A stretch of 64,000 nt of DNA. Source: the human T2T-CHM13v2.0 reference genome, Homo sapiens. A program made the position numbers and the translations under genes. The stretch is taken from assembly GCF_009914755.1 (NCBI RefSeq), contig NC_060927.1; one strand, 5' to 3'. Every line of letters starts with the position of its first letter. The first letter of the stretch is position 1. Under the pieces are notes generated by a model that searched no databases, had not been told where the DNA came from, and saw only the letters and a list, made by a program, of their open reading frames with translations. Positions 44,840 through 58,875 of this stretch are shown here, piece by piece.

Positions 44840-46517
44840 TGTATATATTTGAAATTTTTCATGTGAAAACATTGGACTTTAGTAGCAGAAATAACACTAT
44901 ATGTGTATATATATATGTACATATATAGACTTCTGTTTTCTCTATATATATGTACACATATACATATATGTCAGCAACTGTTAGAAAAACATCATATATA
45001 TCAGCAGTTAGTATACATATATATCAGCAACTAGTTTTGTTTTTCAATAAATTGATATATGATGAGTATGCATGGTAGTATTCTTCACCTTACAGAAATT
45101 ATATTCTGACAGGAAAATAGTGCTTGGTTTTGCTAGCCAGATTAAGTGCATCACACTAATACCTTATATAGAATTCATATATATACCAATTCATTTTACA
45201 TCAATATAAATAAAACACTCTGATGATTCTTTTCTAAACACATCCTGTATATTATTTACTAGATAGGGACCTAAGAAGAAACCCTGAATGTAAGAGCACA
45301 TCTTGTGCTTAAGGAACTTTCAGTTTGAATAAGAAAACAAGGGACACAGACATGGGATATAATCTCAGTTTGTTCTAAGTAAACTACAAGTAATAAGTGA
45401 GGAAATAATTTGATGGAAGGAGTAACCTCTGTAGGTTTGGAAAGACTGCACCAAGCATGTGAGTCAGGACTTAAACTCTAAAAATTCTGTGTAAAAGAAA
45501 TTGAAGAAAGGGTATTCCAAGAGAGACAAGCAACGAAAGGGTTTTCCAAGAGAGACAAACAATGTATATGGGGGTGTGGTGAACACAGTAAAGAAAGCAG
45601 TACTGTGAGGGTGACTAAACTCAAGCAGGGCAGTCATGCTTGTATTTCTGTTTGACCAATTTTTTTTTTTACTAAGAATAATGTCTCTAAAAATTTTACT
45701 ATTTATATTATTAAACCGATAACTGTATTTCTTTTCAAAAGGACATACCCTTGCCTTTCTGATTCCACAGGGATTTTGCAAAAACAATATATTGTCCACT
45801 TACAAGTTTTCTTAAATTTATACTCTACGTTTGTATTAATATGCTGCTACCTCATTTGTAATAAAAATTAGGAGATAAGACTTTAGAAATATTTTTGTTG
45901 CCTAATTATATAGCGTCAGGGGAAATATTGATGACACATCAGACATGTAATGAATGCATATCAAAAATAATTAATTATATAAGAAGGCAATCCAAGGTAA
46001 TAAAGAGTCTTTAAATGGAAAAAGCAAAGATAGTGTCAGTCAAATTTCATTATTACTTAATTCCACATGACTCTATAGCAAAATCTGCTACTCATGTGGA
46101 ATATCTATTAACTTTAGCAGGTGTTATGCATAACTAGCTGAGGGCAGTTTCTAGTCCACTGAGTACAAGCATAACTCCTAAATTGATAAGCCTGAGTGGA
46201 ACTCCTTGCAATATTCAAAGGAATTTATCGACATTAATTAGAAATTTTATAAAAGGACTCCAGAGCCCAAAAGATTGTTTTCTTTTTTCCTCGTTCAAAC
46301 AAACTACATATACATATAGTATTTTTAATAACAATGCATAACTCTTTTATAAACAGCAGTATATTTCTATTCCTATTTGGCCATAAAATTCTCCAGAGAT
46401 AATCTAAGTTAAAACTTATTGCCTTTTTAGGACTTTGTTTCACTATTTCAGTGGCAGTTGTTGTATGAATTTCTATCAAATTTCACCACCCAACACTTTA
46501 ACTTTACTCCTTACAAT

Positions 46518-46945
46518 TGTAAAAGCAAACTAAATGTGGCCTGAGAAGGACTCCGTACTTTTATGTTTGAGTCCTTGTGGGTGAACTGTAACCTAGCTTA
46601 ATAGACAAGATTGGAAACTGAGTTTAGGATTATGCACCTGTAACAACAGCTAAGTCTTGGCCAATCCCAGCAGCCATACTTCAATCATTCATACACCGTT
46701 GAGTGTGTAAACTGTGCTCAAATAAGGCATATGCTGAGTTGTAACCAATCCAGCCGTTCTGTACCTCACTTCCAATTTATGTGTATCATTTCCCTTTTTT
46801 AGGTCTATAAATCATCTTCCACCACATGGCTGCACTGGAGTCTCTGTGAATCTCCTGTGATTCTGGGGGCTGCCTGATTAGTGAATTGTTCATTGCTCAA
46901 TTAAACTCGTTTAAATTTAATTCAACTGAAGTTTTTCTTTTAACA
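46518..46945 (+). mobile_element. MER57A solo LTR
   Basis: TGTAAAAGCAAACTAAATGTGGCCTGAGAAGGACTCCGTAC...TTTTAACA; perfect TSD CAAT (46514-46517, 46946-46949); two CCAAT boxes and TATAAA retained. Confidence 0.88.
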
Positions 46946-49598
46946 CAATTATTAAAGTGTTTTGGTCAAACATGAAAGTAGGGTTTGCATGCCTGCTGTT
47001 GAGCAGCTTTAGCTATTGTTTATATCCAATGTTTAATCTTGAAAAACACTAGCAAAATTTGCTAACACAGGTAGATGTATCAGAGAACAAAATTATGATA
47101 TGAAAAGATAGATTTTATATGTAACAAGGCATACCTAGTAGACCAGGTATTTGCTTTGTAGTGTAATTAGATCCAGTGATATATATAATTGGCTACAGTT
47201 TTAAAAATATTCTATGCTATTGTTTTTCTATTGCTAGGAGTTAGCATATTTATGGAATACCAAGTAGCTATAAGTCCATTTTGAAAGAAACTTGGGATCA
47301 ATAAAATAAATATAATACATAAGCCATGGTTTCTGGAAGCTCAGAGATAAATGGGAAAATATGACAGATGTGAATAACTGAATTTTGTTGTTGTTTATTA
47401 TAAGTATAATGAGAGATATAATTGAAAAAGGTATAAAAGTTATATGAATATAGATATATAAAATCTTGTTTTTAATCATATACCATTTTATTAATTTAAA
47501 GACAATCTTGACTGTTATTTCATAAGTTTTGTTCAATTTTATATTATTTATCTAGATTGTATTAAAGAAATAATTTAGGGGCAGTTATTTAGAAATCTGA
47601 ATTTTAAAATAACAGGTTAAATAGCCCCTTTAAATATTTCAGGCGTTTTTCCTAGTGTTTATAAACTGAGCTTCCTAAAAATAGTTGCAACCTAGTTTTT
47701 ATTTGACCGTCTTCATTTGCTGTAATAATTTTAGAGTTACTATGCTTCAATGTTAACTTACTTTTCATCTGAAGGGAAGGGTTGAGCTACTCTGTTAATG
47801 ATAAAACAACTATGATTATTTTGCATTTTTAAAAAGTGCATACAAATCTTTTAATCTCTGCCTACACCCATCAGAACAATTGCCTTCCAATGTAATTATA
47901 TTCAAAATGCAAGTGAGATAATAAGTATCTTGGAATTTAGCTTGATAAATATTCATTTGCCTTATAGGAAAAAGAGATGAACATTCTCATATAATTAGCT
48001 GCATATTTTTAAACCATGCTTTCGTTGAGTTTTTTGAGACATATTTTATGTATGCAAATCTGCTAATTTATACAGTAAAGGAGGTAAGGAGGATGGAAAA
48101 AGCAAGAAATCAGAAATATTCATTCCCATTCTGCCCTTCCTTCTGGGGAATAGGTTTCCTAATTATAAGAGAGAAATCATTTCTTCCTCCAAACTCAGAT
48201 TCTTTATTTTATTGAACCTAAGCTGTGAGAGCCCTTAATTATAAAACCAGACTTATCTATCTTGGTTGCTTTAGAAAATCCTTGTCTTTTTTTTAAAGCT
48301 CTACAGCAGAGAATTAAGGCACTAGTAAGAGAATATGTTTCCAATCTTAGGAGATGCACTAGGCTTCTTCACAGCTTTGAGGTCTCACACCACGAACAAG
48401 CACACCAAGATCTGCAATTGAGCCAAGTTGCACATTATTTGACTCAGCACACGACTACTAAAGCACACATTTATTAATTCCAATGGGCTGAATACTTGAC
48501 ATATAATAATTCATACTTACATTTTTAACACGTCAACAGTTTACAAATTGTGTAGGTGCGTATCATTGCAGGCAACGTCCTAAGAGCACCTCTGGTGTTC
48601 TTATGCCATTTTGAGGACGAGGATGCCAAGATGTCAGATGATTGTCCTAGGAACCCACAACAGGCATAACTGAACTGAGACATGAAATCCAGTGGTTTTC
48701 TCTCTATAACTACTGCTCTGAAGTATTCTGTGAGATAATAGCTTTGACAAAAATTGCATCTACAACTAATCAATTTCTAATGAAATTTTGAAAAAGTGTT
48801 TTCATGGAAAGAAAATGAGTGATTTTCTTTACGGTTTCTGTATCTCCACCTTCCATGAACTTTATAATTGCCTCAATTTGCTGTACTAATTTTCTGTTTC
48901 ATTGGTCCTCAGGTTTTATTTTGTTTTCACTTCAGAGTTAATGGTTTATAACATTTTTACCACTATCAAAATTTGATCAGCATTATCGTAAAGTCAACAG
49001 ACAGAATGCACACCAGTATTTTAATTATGTTGATGCCTAAAGTATATTTTAAAAGTTGAATACATAAGTTATTAATAAAATAAACAAGTATGATACATGC
49101 ATACATTATTGATTCATTTTAGTGATAAAATTATAATTTGAAGAATGTGTACCATAAAGATATTTTATGAAGCTTTTATTTGAAGAAATAGAATTTTGTT
49201 ACCAAGCCACAATATTTCACTGTGAAAAGTTAAATACTCTCCAGCCTGAGTGACCAGAAAATTAGCCCCAGAAAGAAGATTCCACTCCCCTATTATAAAG
49301 TGTCTCTCATTTTAGAGGATTGCGCTTTTGAATTCCAAACTGAAGCTTAGAGATGGTTGCCTTTTCCTTTTAATGAAAAAGTCCTTAGAAGGCTTGTTTG
49401 TAGTGGCAGTAAAAAGCAGATTGCACTAAATGTATTTTATTCCTGCAGAGCTGAGATCAGCACATGCATTACTCTATCTATCCAGAAAATGATATGTCAT
49501 ACTCTATATTGCAACTTAATAACATTCTTCACTTCCCCCACCTCCCCTTTCTGTGAAACCCTCAGCACCTGGGAAGGTTTCATGCTTCTTTTTATCAG

Positions 49599-49761
49599 AC
49601 TCTGAAGTACCTGTACTTTGGTCAGATCCCTCGAAGCCTAATGAGCCTGTGGAGGAGCTGAGATACTGGGTCGAGATAAATGGAAATATTTTCAGACTAC
49701 GAGTTCCAGTCAGAGTAAATGCTGAAAACGAACAAGAGTCTTCAAATTGACAATCTTCAGG
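49599..49761 (+). other. Candidate spliced exon (163 nt), likely non-coding
   Basis: Acceptor TTCATGCTTCTTTTTATCAG|AC and donor CAGG|GTGAGA, with an alternative donor AAGG|GTGAGA 23 nt downstream; GC and CpG raised over the flanks. Confidence 0.35.
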
Positions 49762-51039
49762 GTGAGAAAGAATATACTTGAAGGGTGAGATTTCATTTCT
49801 ACTACTCCTTAGATTTGCTTCATTTTCTCTGACATTTTCTCACAGTCTACAGTGACATCTGGTTGCTGCAGTGGTAACAATGGTTCCTGAACTGATCAGT
49901 TAAATTGAGCAAGCCAGGCATTGCTTTCATTCACTTTCAAGTAACCCAGCTGGAGTCCGGCGGACCTCATGAGATTGCTGCTATTACAATTATTATTATT
50001 GTTACTTTATGTTAAAAGTCCTATCTTTCAAATGCTATGCATAGAAAACACAAACTGAGTGTCATCTGGACCAGAATAACGTAGAAGGCTTTATTTATTT
50101 ATTTATTTATTACATCTAAACAGTGCCTAAGCATTTACATTTCTGGCATAAAGGTTTTTGAGTTATTTGTTCTTACATTTTTTTTTTTAGTATTCATTTT
50201 AGTATTCATTTTGGAGAACTTTGACAAACAGAAAAGCACAGAGGAAGAAAATCATTCCAAGTCCCACCACCCCAGAGATAGCCACTCTTATCAGTTTTTA
50301 TTTTATTTGCAGCCTTCTAACCAAACACTATTTTTCAATGTGGGCTTTTTCTTTATTTAAATAAATATAATTTGAGGCTTCTGTCTTATACAGATTATTT
50401 AATAAATTTTATAAAGAGTAGAAATTTTTAAACCTATTAAATGGGATACTAATTATTATAATATCAAGAGGATTTCTTAATAAGGTATTTTACCTATAAG
50501 GCAGTCTGCTAGCAAAGATGACAATTCTCTATTGCTTAGCAGTTTTGTGAGCTATTTTATGGTAAGATAAAATGTTCATCTCTCTTTTCCTTCTTATGAT
50601 AATACCACATAAAACTATATTAAATAATCCTTATATCACTACATTAATACCCAGCTGAAACAGCCTTTGAGAAAACTCACTCCCTTGGCACTTACCAGCT
50701 ATTCTATTTCTTTTTCCTGTTTCCCTCCCTTAAAAAGGCAATATTCTTAAGGAAGATCCTATAAACAACTTGAGAAGGTAGGGAACAAGATGTTTCATCT
50801 ATTTTTGGTAACAAGACATGTATGTGCATATAGGGAAATTAAAAACAAAGAAAGAAATCTCCAGGCTAGTGGTGGAAAGAGTCCCTATGCGAGTCTCTAC
50901 GTGGTCTTGGCAGGCATTCTCTAATTGCAGACTGAAGCTTTCCCTTCCTGGCACCAGCTATGAATTAAGGTAGGCAGATAACAAAGATTGGTGGCTTAGG
51001 GACTCCTACAAAGTCTGCAGACTTAAGTATATCCTTCTG

Positions 51040-51440
51040 GAATGGTCATCATTCTAAACACATCAGACACATGCTTTAACTGAAGGTTTGGCACTTGCAG
51101 CTCTCTCTTCCTGGAACACGCTTTTCTGAGATTCACATAGCTACTCGCTCACCTCCTTCAGGTCTCTACTGAAATGTCGCCTTCTCAGCGAGGCCTTCCC
51201 AGAACCTCCATCTAAAATTGCAGCACCTCACTGCTGTGTCATACCCTGCCAACTGTCTGTTACTCTTAATCACTTAAATCCATCTAACCTATACCATGTT
51301 TAAGTATTTCTTAAATATTGTTTTCTTCCAGAAAAAAATTGTATAAGGGCATAGATTTTTGCCTATGATTTTAGTCCTACATGCTCAAAGTTTAGAAAAG
51401 TGTTGGACAAACACGATAGTCACCTAATAAATAGCTTTAT
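51040..51440. mobile_element. L2 fragment
   Basis: CTCACCTCCTTCAGGTCTCTACTGAAATGTCGCCTTCTCAGCGAGGCCTTCCC is a typical L2 3' region. Confidence 0.7.
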
Positions 51441-51641
51441 AATGACTGAATAAATAAATTGAACTTTATACCTCATTAAGAGGAGCTCTGAATTCAGATC
51501 TTCAGATGACTTGACAATATTGCCACAAAAGTGCTTAATGTAAACTTTCTCTTTTCTTTCTTTAGTAGAACTGAGATTAGCCAAATAATTAGCAATGCAA
51601 TTTGACACATGCTCTTCTTACAAGTCTTGTAAAAAATTCTA

Positions 51642-51911
51642 GGCTAGGCATCATGGCTCATACCTGTAAATCTCAGCACTTTGGGAATCCAAGGTGAGAG
51701 GATCACTTGGAAGCAACATGTGAGACCCTGTCTCTTTGAAAAATACAAAAATTAGCTGGATGTGGTGGCACACACCTGTCGTCCCAGCTACTTGGGAGGC
51801 TGAGGCATCTTTGGGCCCAGGAGTTCAAGGATGCATTGAGCTATGATTGCACCACTTCACTCCACACTGAGCCATAAAGTAAGACCCTGTATCTAAAAAA
51901 AAATTAAAATA
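51642..51911 (+). mobile_element. AluJ with internal deletions
   Basis: GAGACCCTGTCTC and GGGCCCAGGAGTTCAAGGATGCATTGAGCTATGATTGC J-type diagnostics; degenerate TSD AAAAATTCTA/AAATTTCTA. Confidence 0.88.
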
Positions 51912-52249
51912 ATAAATTTCTAAAAGATTCTTCATATTTAGTTATTGCCTCTTGAAGACCAAGACACATATTTGTCTTCAGTAACCCAGAATAACGAGTA
52001 CTTTAAAATAATTTTAATGTAAATTTGTCAATATTCATGCTAGATATTCATTGCATATTCCTTCTCCAAATATTAAAACTACATTTTTCCCATAAAATTG
52101 AAATGTTAGCAGCCAGTAGGGTCATTTAATTTTATTATCATCAAATGAATCATAGAAATGAAAATAACTGATTATAAAATAAAAGTTAACCTGAATAGAA
52201 TGTTATGGTATGCTATTTATGACGCTAATTCACTCCCTAACCCAAACAA

Positions 52250-52400
52250 CAACACACCATATTGGGTGATACTATTATCTCCATTTCCCAACTGAGGAAA
52301 ATGGAGTTGAGAAAAATTAAATAGCTTCCTCTAAATTACCAAAATGCACAAGAGGCAGACTGATAATTTGAACCCAAGTGTCCAATTCTGTAAATTCATG
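52250..52400 (-). mobile_element. MIR fragment
   Basis: ACTATTATCTCCATTTCCCAACTGAGGAAAATGGAG...ATTTGAACCCAAG. Confidence 0.6.
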
Positions 52401-55400
52401 CTAACTCATTAGGAGCTATAAGAAGTAATTAACATGCATTAGTTTATTTAATATACCCATCATCCCTAGGATGTAGTTATTTAACACATAAAACCAAGAA
52501 TTTGGAAACATTCATTAATTTGCACAAAATTACACAGATGAGTCTGCTTCACATTTGTGTTCTTTGCACTGCACCTCACTAACTCTAAAGGTAAGGGAAG
52601 GTTTCTGACACAGTCACAACTTCATGAATTGGTTGGGAACCAAAAGAAAAGAGTCCCTTAATTATCTTTTGCAAAATTATCTAATCCTACCCTATTGAGT
52701 TTCCCCACCATGTCATGATGGGACACTGGTGCCATCAAAATGTCAGCATGAAACATCATTATCCCAGCCTTTTGCAATCGCTATGAAGAGTCCATAGGGG
52801 TGAGGACACTCTCAGGAACAAGTGCCTTGTTTCTATTTCACAAGAGGTGTGTCTAGAAGTCACCATTTCATTCTTAACTGCAGAGAGAAAAGAAATACAT
52901 TTTTCTGACCCGGATGCACTCTTACTGTTCATCACAGATTTGTATTGACTTTTTCAACTTAAAATTGCACACTTTGGGGAATATTATTTTTAGAATCATG
53001 TATTATGAATGTTTGACCTCAGGTAGATGTTCAAAGCCTTTGTGAATTAGTAATATTCCGTGAGGTTGATGCATCTCTGGGCAACAGTAAATAATTCATG
53101 CTTTGATTTAATAGTTCTCATTTTAGCGTGAATATTCGTATTGTTTATGATAGGGAAAACAATTGCTTAGAATTGCCTAAACCCATAGGAAAAGTAGATA
53201 TGATGACTGTTAGAAAGCAAAGCATTAATTTCTTGACTACTTAAAATAATTATATAAGTTTATATTTTGATGCAGCCATCATTATTGTAAATCATATCTA
53301 TCACTGTGAGTGGTTGGTTGTTCATACCTAAATTGTTATCCACCTTAATGTTTTCACATAATAGGGAATAATATATGTTATTTTAAATGCATTTTATTTC
53401 CGTAAAATAATTTTCTGAAATAAAGTGTCATAAGAATATCATTTTAGATTGAGCTTTGTAAAATGTAACAAATAAATTTAATTATTTAATTGCATATTTA
53501 TATATTATTGTATATACACACACACACACAGTAATAGTGTGAAGCCCTTACATTTATAGAGTTAAGAGTTCACTGGTCAATACCACAACTGTACATTTGT
53601 TGGGAAAAAAAATCTATTTGTGATTTGATCAGAATTTAACAATAGGTAAAATGTTTTTATTCATAATTTGATCAAACAGAAATTCATTGACTATTTACTA
53701 TCTGTAATGTTCTTTGTTAAACAATGAGGAGAACACACACATGAATAACAAACACCATCTATCCAAAAACAGCTCGTGTCTATGACTGCACATTAACTCA
53801 GTCAGGAAGATCACCCAGTAAAACTTGAAAAAGCCATGGTGTATGTGAATTGTAGATTTATTACAGTCTACAAATTCTGCAGTCCTTTTCTTAAGGATTT
53901 AAGAAGATTCCTTTTTAAAATTTTCTTCTTTGGCTTAAAAAACACTTCAAGTTTTTGCCTGTTTGTTTACTCCAGCCTCTTTAAAATCACATGGGAAGCA
54001 ATCTCAGATGCAAGATTTAAATGACATGGTGTCATATTAGTCTGTTAATTACTTTTATGAAACAAACTCAAGTGCTATAATTTATAATTCAAAAACTCTT
54101 GCTAACATTATTCTTCTTTGATTGATCCTTATAAAATTTTTTTCAAAGCTCGTGTTGTCACTAGTCTTTCCTTTGTTAGTTTTAAAAGCAAAATGTTTTT
54201 AAAAATAAAAATGCTTATGCTAATTCCTGTTTCTTATTAGTTATTATTATTGTCCTTGTATGAATTATAAAAAAATCCACAAGATTTTAAGTAAATGTTA
54301 ACTAAAATTATAATAAATGGTTACTTTTAAACTATGCAGGCCTTAAATAAAATTGAACAAAACATGGCTGTGGTGAGCCTCTTGAAGATGTAATGAGAAG
54401 CATATAATTATCTTTTGTCTAATAGTAGAATTGCCAGGCAGAATTCAGTCGTTTGAGATGGTAAGAGCATTCTGAATTCTCTAAAAGTAACACAAATTAC
54501 TCTATTAGGGAGTGCTTATGGAATGACCTTTTGTACTGAGCACCTAAATATAGTATTCACGTTAAAAAGCATTCATCCAAAACTAATCCGAAAATCTATT
54601 CAATGGCGCACGTCTGTGCTCATTCTTCTTGTTTCACTTTGAAACTCACTTGGGGAAACTTATTTGAACATTAAAATCAGGAGAGACTGAGGAAGAAGCT
54701 AGATGTACATAAATAGGATCCTTTTTATTTTAAAAGTGTGACCTCATTATCCATTATATATCTGCACTTTGTAAAAACTTCCTTGTGTACCAATTACACA
54801 ATGTTTTATTTAATTAAATGAATATGTATAAAATATTTGCACACTACCATTTCAATATTGTTTTAACTTAAGTACTATTGTGACATCTAATTGTGACATC
54901 TGCTATTGTGACATTTGCCTGCACCATCTGGTCCCCTGGGAGGTCAGTGCAGGGTTCCTCCATTTTGACATGAGTAAATTCTAGATTAGGTATTTGGCAG
55001 TTAACTCATCTGGATATATGGGAACAGAAGTGCCAGACACGTAGATAATATTTGGAGAACAGGAGCAGACTTGGAACATGCTGAATAGAGGACAAGGAAG
55101 TGAGTAAAGAACTATGAACAAATCCATTAAGTATTCAAGATTTAAACATTTAGGTAGTAAATACAGCAAACAGGGTGAGAGATATTGGCCACTTGGTGTG
55201 TCTAGAGCAGTACTAATTGACAGTTTGTTGTAAAAAAACTCTCACTTAACTACAAGGGCATATAAAATTCTCCACTAACTGGTTTAAAAAGATATATTTC
55301 ACTAGTGAAAACAACTGAGAAATAAGGGCATTTCTGGGAATTCTATATACCTTTTTTAAAATTTCCTTTCAATTTCTTAGCATCTAGATATCATGTGTGT

Positions 55401-58373
55401 AATGATTCAAGAGAAGATATATCTGGGTGTCTGTCTCCCCAAATTCTAGTTCTCCAATTGTATTTTCACCAGCGAGTAATTTTGTTGTTTTTTTTCTCCG
55501 AAAATAAATTACTTTTTATACATGGCTCAAAGCTTGGTCAAGAATGATGAGAAAGCTCTTATTCTTCCATCAAGAAAGCTTTGTTTCATTTCTCTTTTCA
55601 CCTGGGTCACTGGCCTGAGGTCTGTAAAAATGATGTTTTTTTTTTTTTTGCTTTTGTATTTGATGTACTTGGAAACAAGAAAACTGACAGAAAGCTTCTA
55701 GAATCAGGAAACAGAAGTGATATATATATATGTGTGTACATAAATATATCTAGTAACATTATATGTACATATTTATATAGCTTTACACATATTTTAATTA
55801 TGTAGTATGGGAGATTAGAATTTAATGTAATTTAATTATTGAATTTAATTGTTCCTAATTAGAATATTTATGATAGAACCAGTAATTTCAGATTCTTTTT
55901 CTAGATGGCCTTTAACCCAAATTATGAAAAAAAAAGTCCAATTTCTATTATAATTATCTTTTCTAAGTCAACTTTTCAAAGATGGTTTTGAGTTATACAA
56001 TAATACTATGGCATTATTATTTCTGTTTTTATTGCATCTAATTTTTTAAGAGTTTTTACTTCTGTAGGTATTTTCTGTAAAACAATAAATTTCAGGGTGC
56101 TTTTTATTGATAATTACTAAGAAATCATCACTCTCTCAGGAAAAAGTCCCATAGAAGCAGATCCTATTTGTTATTACTGAGCTAAGTCTTCTAAATTAAA
56201 TTTCTTCCATTGATTTATCTTTTAGGCTTAAAGTGAAGCAATGTCAATGACATTCTACTAGTATACAAATTCCATATTGGCAGGGAATTTGTCTCTAAGT
56301 TTCTAAATCTCAGCACCTAGAATGGACATTTGCACACAGATAACTTATAATCAATATTTGTTATATGCTTAAATCAACTTTCAGAATAAAATCCTTATAA
56401 TAAAGGGGATAAAATGAAGCTAGTACCAATTTGTTGCCCAAATTTCCAAAGTTTTTCATTTTCTCTTTGGCACATTGATTTTATGTATATGTACTTCTGT
56501 GTGTGCCTGTGTGTGTTTGTGTTGAGTGTTTTCAATTTGTCCTTGGTAGTGAAAGCAAGCTTACATTTGCTATAGTCTCATACTTCCTTTCATAGTCTTC
56601 AATATGTTTACCTCTTGCACTAGACTGTTTACCTCCATGGACTTCATCTCCCTTCTGGGCTATCAAAATAGCTTCCTATCTACTTTTTCTGCCTTTAGAC
56701 TCTTATTTCTCCTGTTGTCAAAATACATTTATTTTAAAAAGTGACTAATTACATAAATTTCCCCATTAAAAACCCTTTCTCGTTCTCCAGTGACCCAGTA
56801 TTAAGTCCAAAATGCAGATCATATTGAATCTTTTCTTTCCAGATTGTCCCCAGTCAATCTCAACCCTTAATGACAGCTAACTAATTACAGTTTCTAAATG
56901 TGGCTTGAATATGCTACTCTTCCTTTATTTGACAGCTTGGAGGTCTACTAGGTACCCTTTAAAACCTCAGATCTAATACCACCTCATCTGTGAGATCTCT
57001 GACCATCACTTCTGACTGTCCCAAATATTTTTAGAAAACCTCTGCTAGCACATGTAGTATCTATTGCTCTTTTACACATATCGTCCTGCCCCGGACTGTG
57101 TTATGAGTCTTTTGAGCAACATTATGGTCTATACCTGGTCTCATAGCTGATAGATGTTACATACTTGTGGTATGGATAAAAATATATTTCAAAACATTTA
57201 TGGGTAAATTTTGTGTTTGCATATTGTGTGTGGTATATCAAATTCATTCAATATAAAATATATATGTTTTATAAAACCATCATGAATGGCTTGTAGTGTT
57301 GATACTTTGTTAATTTACTTACATTTGGGCACAAAGAGGAGATGGAGAAAAGTCAACCACTCCTTGCTCGAAGATGCAAATTGCATCAAGACCCTTTGCC
57401 TTCAAAAATTCACATGCTGAATACTGTATTAGCTTCCAAACTAATAGTTCTGACACTTCCTCTGAGATAGTTTTTAAGACCAAAGGTATTACTGACCTGG
57501 TAATAATATGGGAGAAAATGTATGATTTTAATTTTCCACTCCAAATAATAGTCCGGGAAAATGTTCATGAGTCTATTGTGTGTAAGATGGGGAACCAAGG
57601 TAAACAAGCAGAGGAGCAGAGGTAATTGTCAGGAGATATTTGTTTTGAGAATTTGTAGTTTTCTAAAATGCCTACAAACACATGCACACAGTGCACACAT
57701 GCACACAATGATTAAATAGCTTATCTGAATGCAAGTTTCAGTCAAATGGACTTTGAGGGTACATTAAATATTCAACTCTATTTTCCTTTCATTTAGACAT
57801 AGTAAATGAACCCTTAGCTACCATTAGCATCTGCCCCTCCCTCAACACAGACTCAGCAAAATTATCTTATGCTACAGTGGTTCATGAGTTTCCAGCCTCC
57901 ACAGACTAAAAGGGAGCATCTGCAGGGCAGGGCCTGAAACAATGTAAAGTAGATTCATTACCTTATCACAGCTATGATTCAGTCTCCCTGCAGGTACGCT
58001 GGGAGAGGGGCTAACCATGGACATTCATTCATTCATTATAGTGGCCATTCCGTGAAAAGCTCAAGTTGCTGTAGCCATTTTAATATTTTTCCCTACAGGC
58101 AGAAGCGGTCTGTGTAGCTGAGGAAAAGAAGGAAGCTTTAGAGAGAACCAAAAACTGATAAATTAATCTTTGAAAAAATTGTTGACAACTTTTCAAAAAT
58201 TACCAGTTCATAGACTATGTTCACTTTAAATGAGCGGCTTATTTTATCAAATGACAGTTTTCCTAAAGACTTATTATTCAGTATGGATAGAAATTTACTT
58301 TTCTGTCTGTCACCACAGTGATATTTATTTATGGAAAGTGGATGAAGTTTCTCAATTTCAATGAGTAAATTCT

Positions 58374-58735
58374 CAGTGGTAAACCGTGTCCTGTGTGTTT
58401 AATGTCCTTGAAAGTTTTCTTTGGAGTTAGTTGTTAACATATTTGGTAAATTATATCAGTTTCTTGTGATTATATTTCAGAAATTATTATAAAAATTCAT
58501 CTTAATTCTCTGAGATAATTAGTTTAAGAGAGCACAGCTCACATAATCATGCATGGATGGCATGTTAAATATGCATTCACATTGAAATCTACATTTGATG
58601 GTACACTTCTCAACTGCTATATATTTATTGCCGTACAAATAATCAGCAGGTCAGGACCTCGAGCACTAAAGCAGGCGGTCTGAGAGAACAGATAGGCAGG
58701 GGAGCCAGTTGTTAAAAATCACTAGCGCACTACTG
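58374..58735. mobile_element. MER63-like hAT-Blackjack element
   Basis: Ends GGAGCCAGTTGTTAAAAATCACTAGCGCACTACTG; starts CAGTGGT with a related GGAGTTAGTTGTTAAC. Confidence 0.5.
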
Positions 58736-58875
58736 AATGTGTCCTACGGAGATTTCACAAATTGAAAATCACCCTGTGTTATGATTTGTTAGGTTATATC
58801 TCATCACAATTTGTTGCATATTATTTTAAATGTACAATTGCAAACCACACACTCCCCCAAAATTCTAAAATGATC

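Noticed and set aside
48262-48773. Unique segment with ORFs and scattered CpGs as possible exons
   Set aside because: No convincing acceptor and donor pair, and the peptides resemble nothing I recognise.
54877-54915. Short spaced repeats resembling a CRISPR array
   Set aside because: 10-bp units with 3-5 bp spacers in primate DNA, with no cas genes.
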